From assembly GCA_963977015.1 (NCBI GenBank), contig CAXBMO010000002.1, positions 320,001-384,000 of the forward strand: DNA of 64,000 nt, read 5' to 3'. This DNA is from an uncultured bacterium. GTDB taxonomy: Bacteria > Verrucomicrobiota > Verrucomicrobiia > Verrucomicrobiales > DEV007. The notes below the pieces were generated by a model. The model searched no databases and was not told where the DNA came from. It saw only the letters and a list, made by a program, of their open reading frames with translations. The translations under genes and the position numbers were made by a program. Positions 10,132-19,791 of the stretch are shown piece after piece (position 1 is the first letter of the stretch; each line of letters starts with the position of its first letter).

Positions 10132-11530
10132 ACGCCCCACCTTTCAATCCCGGAATCCCGCCAATGGTGAATTGCTCTGGGAAGGTCCCTCCGCGAATCA
10201 AGCTGAGATCGATGCAGCGGTTCGCGCCGCCCGCTCCGCCTTGCCGGAATCTTCGGTCGATCAACGCCGCGAGGCCGTTCAAGCTTTCGCTGCTGAGCTG
10301 GAATCCCGTCGCGAAGCCTTCGTTGACGCCATTTCCAATGAAACCGGCAAACCCCGCTGGGAATCGCAAACCGAGGTTGGCGCGATGCTCGGCAAGATCC
10401 GTTTCAGCATCCAGGCCCACCAAGAGCGACAAACTCCCCAACTGAACGAGACCAGTGCGACGCGCTACAAACCTCATGGGGTTGCCGCCGTCCTCGGCCC
10501 GTTCAACCTGCCTGGTCATCTGCCCAATGCGCACATCGCCCCCGCCCTTCTCGCCGGAAACAGTGTCGTCTTCAAACCCAGTGAACAAACGCCACTCGTA
10601 GGCCAACTCCTCGCCGAAACCTGGCACGCCTGCGGGCTCGGCGACGCCTTCCACTGCGTCCAGGGAGAACTGGAAACCGGCAAAGCCCTCGTCGCCCATC
10701 CCGGCATCGACGCCATTTTCTTCACCGGCAGCTTCGCGGGAGGTCGCGCCATCGCCAAGTCGCGCATCGACAGTCCCGGCGTCATCGTCGCTCTCGAAAT
10801 GGGCGGAAACAATCCGCTCGTAGTCTGGGATCCCTGTGAAATCGATGCCGCCGTCTACAACATCATCGTCAGCGCCTTTATCACTGCGGGTCAGCGTTGC
10901 GTTTGCGCAAGGCGCCTGATCTTGCCGGAGGGATCGTTCGGCGATCGCATCCTGGATCGACTCATCGAAGTCTCCAGCCATCTCCGCATCGGCCCGCCCT
11001 CGCTCGATCCCGAGCCGTTTTACGGCCCCGTCATCTCCGCTCACGCCGCCAGCCAGGTCCTTCGGTCGCGCGACGAGCTTCTCGACCTCGGCGCCTCATC
11101 CCTGTTGGATATGGCCCGCGAATCCGACGAATCCGCCCTCCTCACGCCCGGTATCCTCGACGTCACCGGGGTTCCCGATCTCCCCGACCAGGAAATCTTC
11201 GGCCCGCTTCTCCAAGTCATCCGCGTTCCCGATTTCGAAACGGCAATCGAAGTAGCCAACCACACCGCTTACGGGCTCAGTTCCGGACTGCTCTGCGAAG
11301 ACCGTGAACGCTGGGATTTGTTTTTTCAGCACGCCCGCGCCGGAATTGTGAACTGGAACCGCCCCATCACCGGAGCGAGCGGCGCCCAACCGTTCGGCGG
11401 CATCGGCCAAAGCGGCAATCATCGTCCCAGCGGCTATTTTGCGATTGATTATTGCGCGTTTCCGGTTGCTTCAACCTTCGGTTCATCGCTTGATCTCCCT
11501 GATGCGCTTGCACCCGGCATTTGCCTCTAA
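10121..11530 (+). CDS. astD: Succinylglutamate-semialdehyde dehydrogenase
   Basis: PHGVAAVLGPFNLPGHLPN, FKPSEQTP, LEMGGNNP, SAFITAGQRCVC, SGNHRPS. Confidence 0.92.
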   Translation: MPAKRPTFQSRNPANGELLWEGPSANQAEIDAAVRAARSALPESSVDQRREAVQAFAAELESRREAFVDAISNETGKPRWESQTEVGAMLGKIRFSIQAHQERQTPQLNETSATRYKPHGVAAVLGPFNLPGHLPNAHIAPALLAGNSVVFKPSEQTPLVGQLLAETWHACGLGDAFHCVQGELETGKALVAHPGIDAIFFTGSFAGGRAIAKSRIDSPGVIVALEMGGNNPLVVWDPCEIDAAVYNIIVSAFITAGQRCVCARRLILPEGSFGDRILDRLIEVSSHLRIGPPSLDPEPFYGPVISAHAASQVLRSRDELLDLGASSLLDMARESDESALLTPGILDVTGVPDLPDQEIFGPLLQVIRVPDFETAIEVANHTAYGLSSGLLCEDRERWDLFFQHARAGIVNWNRPITGASGAQPFGGIGQSGNHRPSGYFAIDYCAFPVASTFGSSLDLPDALAPGICL

Positions 11531-11532
11531 TC

Positions 11533-12486
11533 ATGGCTTCATCCTCAAAAATTGAAGATCAACTCTCGGCGCTCAAGGAATCGAACGAACAGGACCGTGA
11601 TTCCCAAATTGCGACAGCTCTCTCGACACGCAGCAATGTGGTTATTTCGCAAGCGGCCCAACTTGCGGCCCATCACCGGTGCCATGCATCCATCCCGCAT
11701 CTCGTCGCTGCGTTTCAGCGATTGATGCTGCCCGATCCCGTGAAACGAGACAAAGGTTGCCTTGGCAAAATCGCGATTATCAATGCGCTCTTTGATTTGG
11801 ATTTCGCCGATGAAGAATTCTATGGCGAGGCTCTCCGTTATGAACAGTTTGAGGCCGTCTGGGGCGGGAAGGAAGATGTCGCATCTGAAATTCGCGCCAC
11901 GGCGGCTCTCGGGTTTGCCGCCTCCAATCCATGGCGGGCGATTTTTCGCCTGATCGAAGCTCTCAACGATCCCGACGCGCAAGTCAGGGTTGCTGCGGCG
12001 AAAGCGATTGGCTCGCTCGGGACCGACGCGGCAGAGGCGGTTCTTCGCCAAAAGGCGCTTGCGGGTGACACGGTTCCTGACGTTGTCGGTGAATGCTTCA
12101 CGGCATTGCTCGATTCCTACGCGGATGGTTCACCCGAATTTGTGGCTGGATTCCTCAACGACGAGCAGGGAATGATCCGTGACCTCGCGGCGTTTGCGCT
12201 GGGAAGTTCCAAGATTCCATCTGCGATCGATGAACTCAAACGGTGTTGGGATGAGGCGGCGTTTCGCCCGGACTTGCAGGGAACACTAATTCAAGGCCTT
12301 GCCCTCGCCTGCACGGAACATGCGTTCCAGGCGCTTTTCGAAATCATGGCTCACGATAGCGACAGCGAGAAGCAAGTCATCCGAGCCTTGGCAATCTATC
12401 GCCATGACGATCGAATTCGTCAGGATGTCGAATCGCGGGTTTCCCCAAACTCCCGTGCCGTTTTCGACGAGGAATGGGCGGACTAA
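11533..12486 (+). CDS. HEAT/PBS-lyase-like repeat protein
   Basis: Repeats such as LNDPDAQVRVAAAKAIGSLG and LNDEQGMIRDLAAFALG. Confidence 0.75.
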   Translation: MASSSKIEDQLSALKESNEQDRDSQIATALSTRSNVVISQAAQLAAHHRCHASIPHLVAAFQRLMLPDPVKRDKGCLGKIAIINALFDLDFADEEFYGEALRYEQFEAVWGGKEDVASEIRATAALGFAASNPWRAIFRLIEALNDPDAQVRVAAAKAIGSLGTDAAEAVLRQKALAGDTVPDVVGECFTALLDSYADGSPEFVAGFLNDEQGMIRDLAAFALGSSKIPSAIDELKRCWDEAAFRPDLQGTLIQGLALACTEHAFQALFEIMAHDSDSEKQVIRALAIYRHDDRIRQDVESRVSPNSRAVFDEEWAD

Positions 12487-14492
12487 CCACCTGCGGCGAG
12501 CATCTCCCGCATTCTCTCGAAATATCCGGCAGCGACTTCTTCGGTGGCGGGTTCTTCGGCGAGTTCATCAAAGTTGATGATATCGAGAAACTCTTCATCC
12601 AATTCCTTAATGAAGGAGCTCGGCATGCACGTTACCTCATCCCCATAACGCTTCCTCGCGTGACAGAATGTCAGAGTCATCTTCTCTTTCGCCCGCGTGA
12701 TTCCGACATAGAGAAGCCGCCTCTCCTCATCCTTGGTGCCTTCTTCGATTGAGCGCGTGTGAGGAAGAATGCCTTCCTCCATGCCCACCAGATAGACGAG
12801 CGGAAATTCCAATCCCTTGGCCGCGTGAAGGGTGATCAGGCAGACGCCTTTTTTCTTGCTAATATCGTCATCATCCCGGTCTGACATCAGCGCAATGTCA
12901 TGGAGAAACCCTTGGAGACCTTTTTCCTTTTTCGCGCTTTTCGCCCGGTGGTCATACATGGTGTCGATAAATTCCCTCGCCCCGTTCTCACGCTTGTTGG
13001 CCTCTTCCTCGCCCTTGCAGTTGCGACGCATGTATTCAAAGAACTCAATATCTTTGAGCAACTCTCCGGTCATCGTCGCGTAGTCAGCGGACGGCGTCCT
13101 GGCAACCGCCCCATATTCGGACATCAGTTTGACAAACTTCCCGATACTTTCCCGGCTTTTGGTCGTTCGATCCTGAAGAAACTCTTCGTGCTGGAGAGTT
13201 TCCCAGACACTGATCTCCTTTTCGATGCTGAAATCCGTGGCGGCGCTAATTGCCGATTCCCCAATCCCACGAGGAGGATTGTTGATGACCCGCAACATAC
13301 TCAGGTCATCCTTGGGATTGGCCAACGCGGAGAGATAGGAAATAATATCCTTCACTTCACGCCGATCAAAGAAACTCATTCCTCCCACGACTCGATAGGG
13401 AATTTCTTCGCTCCGGAGTGCATGCTCCAAAAGGCGCGACTGGGCATTCGTCCGAAAGAGAATGGCGAAGTCCTCCCATTCCCGCTTCTCGGCTTTGGCT
13501 TGGGAATAGATCTCGTTGACGATGAGTTCGGCCTCTTCCTCGGCATTGGGCATTCCTATCAAACGAACCAGATCCTGACTTTCCTTACTGCACCACAAGG
13601 TCTTCTCACGACGGTTGGCATTATTCTTAATAATACTGTTCGCGAGCTTCAGGATCGGCTGCGTGCACCGATAGTTCTCTTCGAGCTTGATCACTTTCGG
13701 ATTGGGAAAGAAGCGCTCAAAGTCGAGAATATTGGAGATGTCAGCGCCCCGCCATCCATAGATGCTCTGATCGTCATCCCCCACCACACAAACATTGTGA
13801 TCCTTGCCTGCCAGCGTCTTCATCAGCCGCATTTGCAGACTGTTGGTGTCCTGAAACTCATCCACCATGATATAGGGAAACTGTCGCTGCCAGTATTCGC
13901 GAACATCTGCCTCGTTTTCCAGCAGCTCGACCGCGAGGATGAGAAGGTCATCAAAATCAACGGAGTTGAGTTTCTTCAGTTCCTCTTGATACGAATGGGT
14001 AACCTCTACAATAAGATCCTGCGAATTGTTGGAAACCGGCGTCCCACTGTTCTTCCACTTTCCAATCAAGGAGAGCGCGACGTTCGCTTCCAGCCCGGAA
14101 TCCTTGCCTCCTTTTCGGGCAATAATTTTTCGGACCAATCCCATCTGATCGGATCCTGAATAGATGCCGAAATTTTTCTTATATCCCAGGCGATCAATGT
14201 TGCGGCGGAGAATCTTGACGCAAAGTGAGTGGAACGTGGAAACCGTCACCGCCTTGGCGGCGCTCTTGGAGATCAACTCACTGACCCGCTCCCGCATCTC
14301 CGAAGCGGCCTTGTTTGTGAACGTCACCGCCAGAATATTTTCCGGACGAATATTCTCCGAAATCATGTAGGCGATCCGCATCGTGATGACGCGGGTTTTG
14401 CCCGTTCCAGCACCCGCAAGGATGAGAACAGGCCCATGAATTTGGCGCACGGCGGCGCGTTGAGGTTCGTTAAGACTATTAAGTCCCTTCAT
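12483..14492 (-). CDS. UvrD/Rep/PcrA family DNA helicase
   Basis: AGAGTGKT, TFTNKAA, VDEFQD, GDDDQSIYGWRGA, TLHAAKGLEF, YVGITRA. Confidence 0.95.
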   Translation of the reverse strand: MKGLNSLNEPQRAAVRQIHGPVLILAGAGTGKTRVITMRIAYMISENIRPENILAVTFTNKAASEMRERVSELISKSAAKAVTVSTFHSLCVKILRRNIDRLGYKKNFGIYSGSDQMGLVRKIIARKGGKDSGLEANVALSLIGKWKNSGTPVSNNSQDLIVEVTHSYQEELKKLNSVDFDDLLILAVELLENEADVREYWQRQFPYIMVDEFQDTNSLQMRLMKTLAGKDHNVCVVGDDDQSIYGWRGADISNILDFERFFPNPKVIKLEENYRCTQPILKLANSIIKNNANRREKTLWCSKESQDLVRLIGMPNAEEEAELIVNEIYSQAKAEKREWEDFAILFRTNAQSRLLEHALRSEEIPYRVVGGMSFFDRREVKDIISYLSALANPKDDLSMLRVINNPPRGIGESAISAATDFSIEKEISVWETLQHEEFLQDRTTKSRESIGKFVKLMSEYGAVARTPSADYATMTGELLKDIEFFEYMRRNCKGEEEANKRENGAREFIDTMYDHRAKSAKKEKGLQGFLHDIALMSDRDDDDISKKKGVCLITLHAAKGLEFPLVYLVGMEEGILPHTRSIEEGTKDEERRLLYVGITRAKEKMTLTFCHARKRYGDEVTCMPSSFIKELDEEFLDIINFDELAEEPATEEVAAGYFERMREMLAAGG

Positions 14493-14525
14493 ACTATCCA
14501 GAGAAATGTTGAATCCGTTATGGTA

Positions 14526-15011
14526 TTAGCGAAAGAATCGGAAGCTAAACGGATAGGGCATGAACTTGCCTTCGTTGGCACGGACGGAGGCGACAACGGC
14601 CATGACGATGGAAAAAATACCGGCGGCCACACTAAGAGCCACACTAACCCCACAAGTGATCGGCATGGCCAGTGCTCCAATCCACGCGAGGATTGACATC
14701 GTGAGTTGGAAGTTGATCGACTCTTTGCCATGAGCATCCACCCATGGGCTTTCCTGGCGTTTGAGGAGCCAGGGGATGAGAGGACCAACAATGTTCAAAA
14801 TGCTGGGTCCAATCAGATTGGACAGCGCAGCGAGATGGCAAAACATTCCCCACGTCCGGTCTTCACCTTCAGAAAGCTTCCCGCTGCCCAAAGCTGGTTG
14901 ATCCGGCCGCGACGAGAATCGCCCGGAGTTCCGCTCAATCCAGTCCGGTCCGGCGGTTCCTTCAACGGGTTGGGGTGATTCCTGGGAATCGGGCTTATGC
15001 TCATCTTCCAT
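14526..15011 (-). CDS. DUF4870-like membrane protein
   Basis: DRTWGMFCHL, GPLIPWL, HGKESINFQ, C-terminal YPFSFRF. Confidence 0.85.
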   Translation of the reverse strand: MEDEHKPDSQESPQPVEGTAGPDWIERNSGRFSSRPDQPALGSGKLSEGEDRTWGMFCHLAALSNLIGPSILNIVGPLIPWLLKRQESPWVDAHGKESINFQLTMSILAWIGALAMPITCGVSVALSVAAGIFSIVMAVVASVRANEGKFMPYPFSFRFFR

Positions 15012-15072
15012 GGCCGCTACCAACGTTGAAAATTGGTGGCTGTGCAAGGGTTTAGCCTGATTTGAAGTCAAT

Positions 15073-16140
15073 TCACGACTTGTTCACAAGTTTCTCGCCG
15101 AACTCTCCAATCACTTGCGGATAAAGCCGGTGCTCGACTTCCTGAATCCGTTCATGAAGCGATTCCGGAGTGTCGCCGGGCAGAATCGCGACCGGCCCCT
15201 GGGCAAGAATCGGCCCGGTATCCACGCCGCAATCCACGATGTGAATGGTGCACCCGCTTTGCGGTACGCCGGCGGCGAGGGCTTGCTGGCAAGCATCTCT
15301 TCCCGGAAACGCGGGCAACAAGGACGGGTGAATGTTGAGAATCCGCCCTTCAAACTCCGCCAAAAGCGGCGCTTCGAGAATTCGCATGAAGCCGGCCAAG
15401 GCGATCAAATCCACGTTTTCAGCCTTGAGCCGGTCGATCATCTCTTTTTGTGCCGCGATGCTCAATTTGGCGCGCCTGTCTCCGGGATGAATCGCCAATG
15501 CGTTGATTCCCAGCTTCTTAGCACGCTCGAGAATGGCTGCGTCTTCAACGTCGGAGATGACGAGACGAATTTCCGCATCCAACTCCCCCCTCTCGACGGC
15601 TTCCGCGATCGCTTCGAAATTGGTGCCATCTCCGGAACCGAGGACTGCAATCCTGAGCTTCGCCGGTCCGGTTTGCAGCTTGGTCAGGGTTGCGCTGGTC
15701 GATTTTCCCGCAACGAGGGACAAAATCGCAATTTCTGCGTCAACGCGCTCCAGAGCGCCCCGTTCTTCCGGATTGAGCGATTCGACCGTGTAGTCCCCGC
15801 CTTTCGTGTAAATGTGCGGGCGAATCGTCTCGATGAGGCCGGTTACGCGGGGGTCATCGAAGACCACGACCCGATCGACAAACTCGAGCGCGGTGAGAAT
15901 TTCGGCACGGTCCTCGGCATTGTTGATGGGGCGGCCCTCCCCTTTGAGGGCGCGAACCGACGCATCTCCGTTGAGGGCCACGATCAGCGCGTCGCCCAAT
16001 TCCCGCGCCTCCCGGAGGTAGCGAACGTGACCAACATGAAGGAGGTCGAAGCATCCATTGGTGAAAACCAGCTTTTTACCGGCAGCTTCCAGTTCATCGC
16101 GCCAGGCCGCGGCTTCTTCGGGAGTAGTGAGGTGAGACAT
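15073..16140 (-). CDS. purN: Fusion of RfaE/HldE-type nucleotidyltransferase domain and phosphoribosylglycinamide formyltransferase
   Basis: N-terminal FTNGCFDLLHVGH, KGEGRP, KGGDY, STS; C-terminal IAVLGSGDGTN, LAGFMRIL, NIHPSLLP, GCTIH, VDTGPI. Confidence 0.9.
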   Translation of the reverse strand: MSHLTTPEEAAAWRDELEAAGKKLVFTNGCFDLLHVGHVRYLREARELGDALIVALNGDASVRALKGEGRPINNAEDRAEILTALEFVDRVVVFDDPRVTGLIETIRPHIYTKGGDYTVESLNPEERGALERVDAEIAILSLVAGKSTSATLTKLQTGPAKLRIAVLGSGDGTNFEAIAEAVERGELDAEIRLVISDVEDAAILERAKKLGINALAIHPGDRRAKLSIAAQKEMIDRLKAENVDLIALAGFMRILEAPLLAEFEGRILNIHPSLLPAFPGRDACQQALAAGVPQSGCTIHIVDCGVDTGPILAQGPVAILPGDTPESLHERIQEVEHRLYPQVIGEFGEKLVNKS

Positions 16141-16190
16141 TCGACACAAAGCTAGACAAGCTAAAAATCCTGCGCAACCGTCCGCGCGAT

Positions 16191-17519
16191 ATGAAATCCC
16201 TCCAGTCTTTCTTTTTCATGGGCTTGGCGCTCTTGTTGCCGGCATCAGGCAGCAATTGGCCCCATTTTGCCGGGCCAGATCGTCTCGCAATTTCGTCGGA
16301 GAAAGGCCTGAACCTCGACTGGGGAAAGGACGGGCCTCCGATCTTGTGGAGTCTCGATCTGGATGAGGGTTTCGGTGGCGCGGCCATCGTGGGAGAAGAG
16401 GTTTTCTTCCTCGATCGCATCCTGGGAGAAACTGACCAGTTGCGCTGCGTCTCGTTGAAGGACGGAAGCGAGATCTGGACGTTCGAGTATGAGCACGCCG
16501 GCCGTTTGCCGCACCCCGGCAGCCGTGGAGTCCCCACGGTTGAAGAAGAGGCTGTCTATTTCACGAGCGGGATGAGCCATGTGCATCGAATCAACCGCAA
16601 AACGCACCAGGCAGACTGGACGATCAACATCGCGGAAGAATACGGGGCAACTCCTCCCAAATGGGGTTGGGCGCAGTCACCTCTCGTTGTCGGAAACGTG
16701 CTGATCGCAGCTCCGATGAGTCCAACGGTCGGGTTGGTCGGACTCGACAAAGTCACCGGTGAGGAAGTCTGGCGCACTGAGCCAATTGGAGACAGCCACT
16801 CCACTCCAACCGTGCTCACCCTCGATGGAGTCGAGCAGGTCATCTTCATTTCCCGTTTGATTGGAGAAGACACCGGCGTGGTGATGAGCGTGGAGCCAAA
16901 GTCCGGGAACGTGCTTTGGAAGACCAATGAGTATTTCAACAAGATCCCGATTCCATTCGCCACCAAGATTGACGAAGAGCGCGTTTACATGACGGGCGGT
17001 TACGGGTGCGGATCCTGCATGCTCCAGGTCAAGCATCGCGACCAATCCTGGCAGGTCAGCAAGCTTTGGGATATCGAGCAAGGCACGCAAATGCATCCCC
17101 CGTTCCTGATCGATGGATACCTCTACTTTCTGGCGAACGAGAACGCGAATCACAAAGGTGAATTGCGAAAGACCGGAGGATTGGCTTGCATGAATTTGGA
17201 CGGAAAGATCGTTTGGAACAGTGGGGACAAGCCTTTCATGGGCCGCGGCGCGAGCCTCCTGGTCGATGGGAAAATCCTGATCCAGGACGGCGAAACCGGC
17301 TACCTCCGCGTGATTGAACCCAGCCCCGAAGGCTACAAGGAATTGGCCGAAGCCGATATCTTCAACAAGCGCGAGGAAGTTGACGAGCAAATCGCTGCCC
17401 AAGAAGGAAAGAAGACGATCAAGCTGCCCGATTTTCGACTCTGGTCACCGATGGCCCTCAGCGAGGGACGCCTGATCATGCGCGGTCAGAAGGAAATGAA
17501 GTGTGTCGACCTGCGCTGA
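16191..17519 (+). CDS. Secreted PQQ-like beta-propeller repeat protein
   Basis: Signal peptide; NWPHFAGP start; repeated G.EIW / TGEEVW / SGNVLW motifs. Confidence 0.85.
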   Translation: MKSLQSFFFMGLALLLPASGSNWPHFAGPDRLAISSEKGLNLDWGKDGPPILWSLDLDEGFGGAAIVGEEVFFLDRILGETDQLRCVSLKDGSEIWTFEYEHAGRLPHPGSRGVPTVEEEAVYFTSGMSHVHRINRKTHQADWTINIAEEYGATPPKWGWAQSPLVVGNVLIAAPMSPTVGLVGLDKVTGEEVWRTEPIGDSHSTPTVLTLDGVEQVIFISRLIGEDTGVVMSVEPKSGNVLWKTNEYFNKIPIPFATKIDEERVYMTGGYGCGSCMLQVKHRDQSWQVSKLWDIEQGTQMHPPFLIDGYLYFLANENANHKGELRKTGGLACMNLDGKIVWNSGDKPFMGRGASLLVDGKILIQDGETGYLRVIEPSPEGYKELAEADIFNKREEVDEQIAAQEGKKTIKLPDFRLWSPMALSEGRLIMRGQKEMKCVDLR

Positions 17520-17531
17520 CACCGCGTCCAT

Positions 17532-18149
17532 TTACGCCACAAGTTCAGCCGGCAGGGCTGATTCCAGGGTAATGCTGAACGTGGTTCCTTCGCCGGGATA
17601 GCTTTCAACGGCAATAGCTCCGCCGTGAAGCCCAATGATGTTTCGGATCGAGAACAGATTTGCCTGGGCAATCGCTTCGCCGTTTTTTCCTTCGATAAAA
17701 CGCTTTCCGGGGCGAAAAATCGACATCAACTGATCGTGGGGAATCCCGCGACCGTTATCAATAATATCGAGCCGCGTGTGGGCTGCGCCCTCGGCTTGGC
17801 AACGGATGCAGACGTGACCATTCAATCGCGGAACGGCTTCGATCGCCCGGCTGATCAGACTGAGGAGGACGGTGCGAATTTCGTTTCGATCGCAGTACCA
17901 TTCGGCGAGCGGCTCGAGCTCAACCCATACCTTGATCTCAGGCGAGCGATGCTGGAGAACCGCGAGGACATCTTCGACAAGTTCGACCAAAGAACACCGG
18001 CCGTAGTGGCCGTCCCCGGCTTCAGCGTCGTTTTCTGCCGACGGAACGTCATTGCTCTCTGCAAGCTCAGCTTGGAGGATGCTGGCAGCAATCGGATTGA
18101 TGAAATCCGTTACATCCGGCTCAGGATCAAACGGTAGAGGCTCAGTCAT
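17532..18149 (-). CDS. Degenerate histidine-kinase-like ATPase (HATPase_c) protein
   Basis: DNGRGI, IFRP and HGGAIAVESYPGEGTTFSITL retained; N-box reads SLISRA; G2 box absent; no H-box His. Confidence 0.75.
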   Translation of the reverse strand: MTEPLPFDPEPDVTDFINPIAASILQAELAESNDVPSAENDAEAGDGHYGRCSLVELVEDVLAVLQHRSPEIKVWVELEPLAEWYCDRNEIRTVLLSLISRAIEAVPRLNGHVCIRCQAEGAAHTRLDIIDNGRGIPHDQLMSIFRPGKRFIEGKNGEAIAQANLFSIRNIIGLHGGAIAVESYPGEGTTFSITLESALPAELVA

Positions 18150-18182
18150 AATTTATGGAAATTATGACATTTATAAATTACT

Positions 18183-18899
18183 TCAACTACTTAGTCCGAC
18201 TCGGGGAGTGAAATCAAAAGAAAACCAGACATTGGCGCCCCAACCTTTGAGCCGGTCAGCACCAATTTGGCCGTGATTTGCCCGCACCGTTTCCTTTGTC
18301 GCGACAAGTCCTGGCCGAACCAACAATTTTCCATTCGAGTCAATCAAACGCCCAGGAGTCGGCCCAAAAACCGTGATCAACTCTTCCGCTGAACCGTTGA
18401 ACGCCAATTCCAGGATTGAGGCACCATCCTCTCCGCGTGCCCCTTGTATTCGAATGATCCCTCCCCCATCAGGAACAGAACTGGCTGCGTAGCCAATCAA
18501 ACTTGTTAAGATCCCTTCAAGGACAATCGGCTCAACCCTCCACTCCATTTCCGAAGTCAGGCTGACAGAAAGCTGAATTCCCTCGATCCTTGCTTGAAGC
18601 AATTGAAGCGCTTCTTCAACAAGGTCATTCACGACAACAGGCTCAGGCAAGGAAACGTCTTCACTTTGAAGGCCCCGTTGCCTCGGATGTCGGTATTCGT
18701 TCCCCTCAACCTCCACCCCGGTAAAATCTGGCCCAATTTCGTCGATGAATTCGGCGGCGATTGGATTGATCCACGCGCTTTGCCCATTTTCAGGAAGTTG
18801 AGAACGCAAGTCTTCGGCAATCGTAGGCCTGTTCGAACTTCGGTATTCCCGAGCCCGGCCAACGAATCCCTGAAGGAATTGCTTGCGAGAGAACGACAT
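18183..18899 (-). CDS. Highly degenerate HATPase_c-like protein, paralog of the neighbouring gene
   Basis: VNDLVEEALQLL...ILTSLIGYA...GGIIRI...ANHGQIG..GANVWFSF; shares INPIAA with 17532..18149. Confidence 0.6.
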   Translation of the reverse strand: MSFSRKQFLQGFVGRAREYRSSNRPTIAEDLRSQLPENGQSAWINPIAAEFIDEIGPDFTGVEVEGNEYRHPRQRGLQSEDVSLPEPVVVNDLVEEALQLLQARIEGIQLSVSLTSEMEWRVEPIVLEGILTSLIGYAASSVPDGGGIIRIQGARGEDGASILELAFNGSAEELITVFGPTPGRLIDSNGKLLVRPGLVATKETVRANHGQIGADRLKGWGANVWFSFDFTPRVGLSS

Positions 18900-18954
18900 G
18901 GATAATCCCTCAACTAATTAGGATTTCCTGACATTATGCTGTCGAATAGCATTG

Positions 18955-19791
18955 TCAACTCGATCGAGTCTCACAAAACGCGATCCAAAGTTCCTCGCCA
19001 AACTCTGCTCTTAAATCCGCCTCCAAGCTCTCAATTCCCGCTTCGGGCTGGAGAACCGCAAACGTAGTCGATCCAGATCCCGACATCAACGCACCCTCGA
19101 CTTCCGGCCGGTCTTGAAGCCAGCCTTTCAAATCCGCCAAAACCAGATACTTCTCAAAGACCGGTCGTTCCAGACTGTTCTGCATCTCCCCCCAGGCCTG
19201 GCCCTGAGGTTCGTATCTCACTCCTGGAATTTCCTGAGACTCCTTCCAGCGCTGGTATGCCCAAGGTGTCGGCACACCAAACTGCGGTTTGATGAGCATC
19301 AGCGATAGCGTTTGGGCAAACTCAACCGGCTCCACGAATTCGCCCCGTCCGCGGCAATCACAGACACTGTCGTAGAGAAAAAACGGGATATCGGAGCCAA
19401 TCTCAGCAGCGAGCGCTCGCAAATCTTCCCGGTCGAGCCCCATTTCAAACAACTCATTGAGCCCCTGAAGCGTGGACGCAGCGTCACTGCTTCCCCCGGC
19501 AAGCCCAGCACCATGGGGAATGCGCTTGTCCAAATGAATGGAGACATTCAATGAAGTTCCGGTGTGCTTCTCCAACTGTCGAACGGACTTCACCACCAAA
19601 TTGGATTCGTCGTTCGGCAACCCCTCATCGGTGCAGGTAAATTCGAGCCCGCCTTCGTCTCGGCGTTCGAAATGCAACTCATCGCACAGGGTCAACGGAG
19701 CCATTCGGGTTTCGATTTCGTGGAAGCCGTCTTCCCGTTTTCGAACGACCCGAAGCGAAAGGTTTACTTTGGCTGGAGCAGAAACAATCAT
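18955..19791 (-). CDS. ispE: 4-diphosphocytidyl-2-C-methyl-D-erythritol kinase
   Basis: APAKVNL, DGFHEI, KRIPHGAGLAGGSSDA, GSDIPF, MSGSGST. Confidence 0.97.
   Translation of the reverse strand: MIVSAPAKVNLSLRVVRKREDGFHEIETRMAPLTLCDELHFERRDEGGLEFTCTDEGLPNDESNLVVKSVRQLEKHTGTSLNVSIHLDKRIPHGAGLAGGSSDAASTLQGLNELFEMGLDREDLRALAAEIGSDIPFFLYDSVCDCRGRGEFVEPVEFAQTLSLMLIKPQFGVPTPWAYQRWKESQEIPGVRYEPQGQAWGEMQNSLERPVFEKYLVLADLKGWLQDRPEVEGALMSGSGSTTFAVLQPEAGIESLEADLRAEFGEELWIAFCETRSS

Noticed and set aside
12900-14159. Long antisense ORFs (also 20864..22165, 27116..28105, 34394..35776, 61747..62859)
   Set aside because: They shadow well-supported genes on the opposite strand, have no recognisable motifs and are expected from codon bias.
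18860-18899. Tat-like signal (SRKQFL) on the degenerate kinase
   Set aside because: It has RK instead of RR and no following hydrophobic region.
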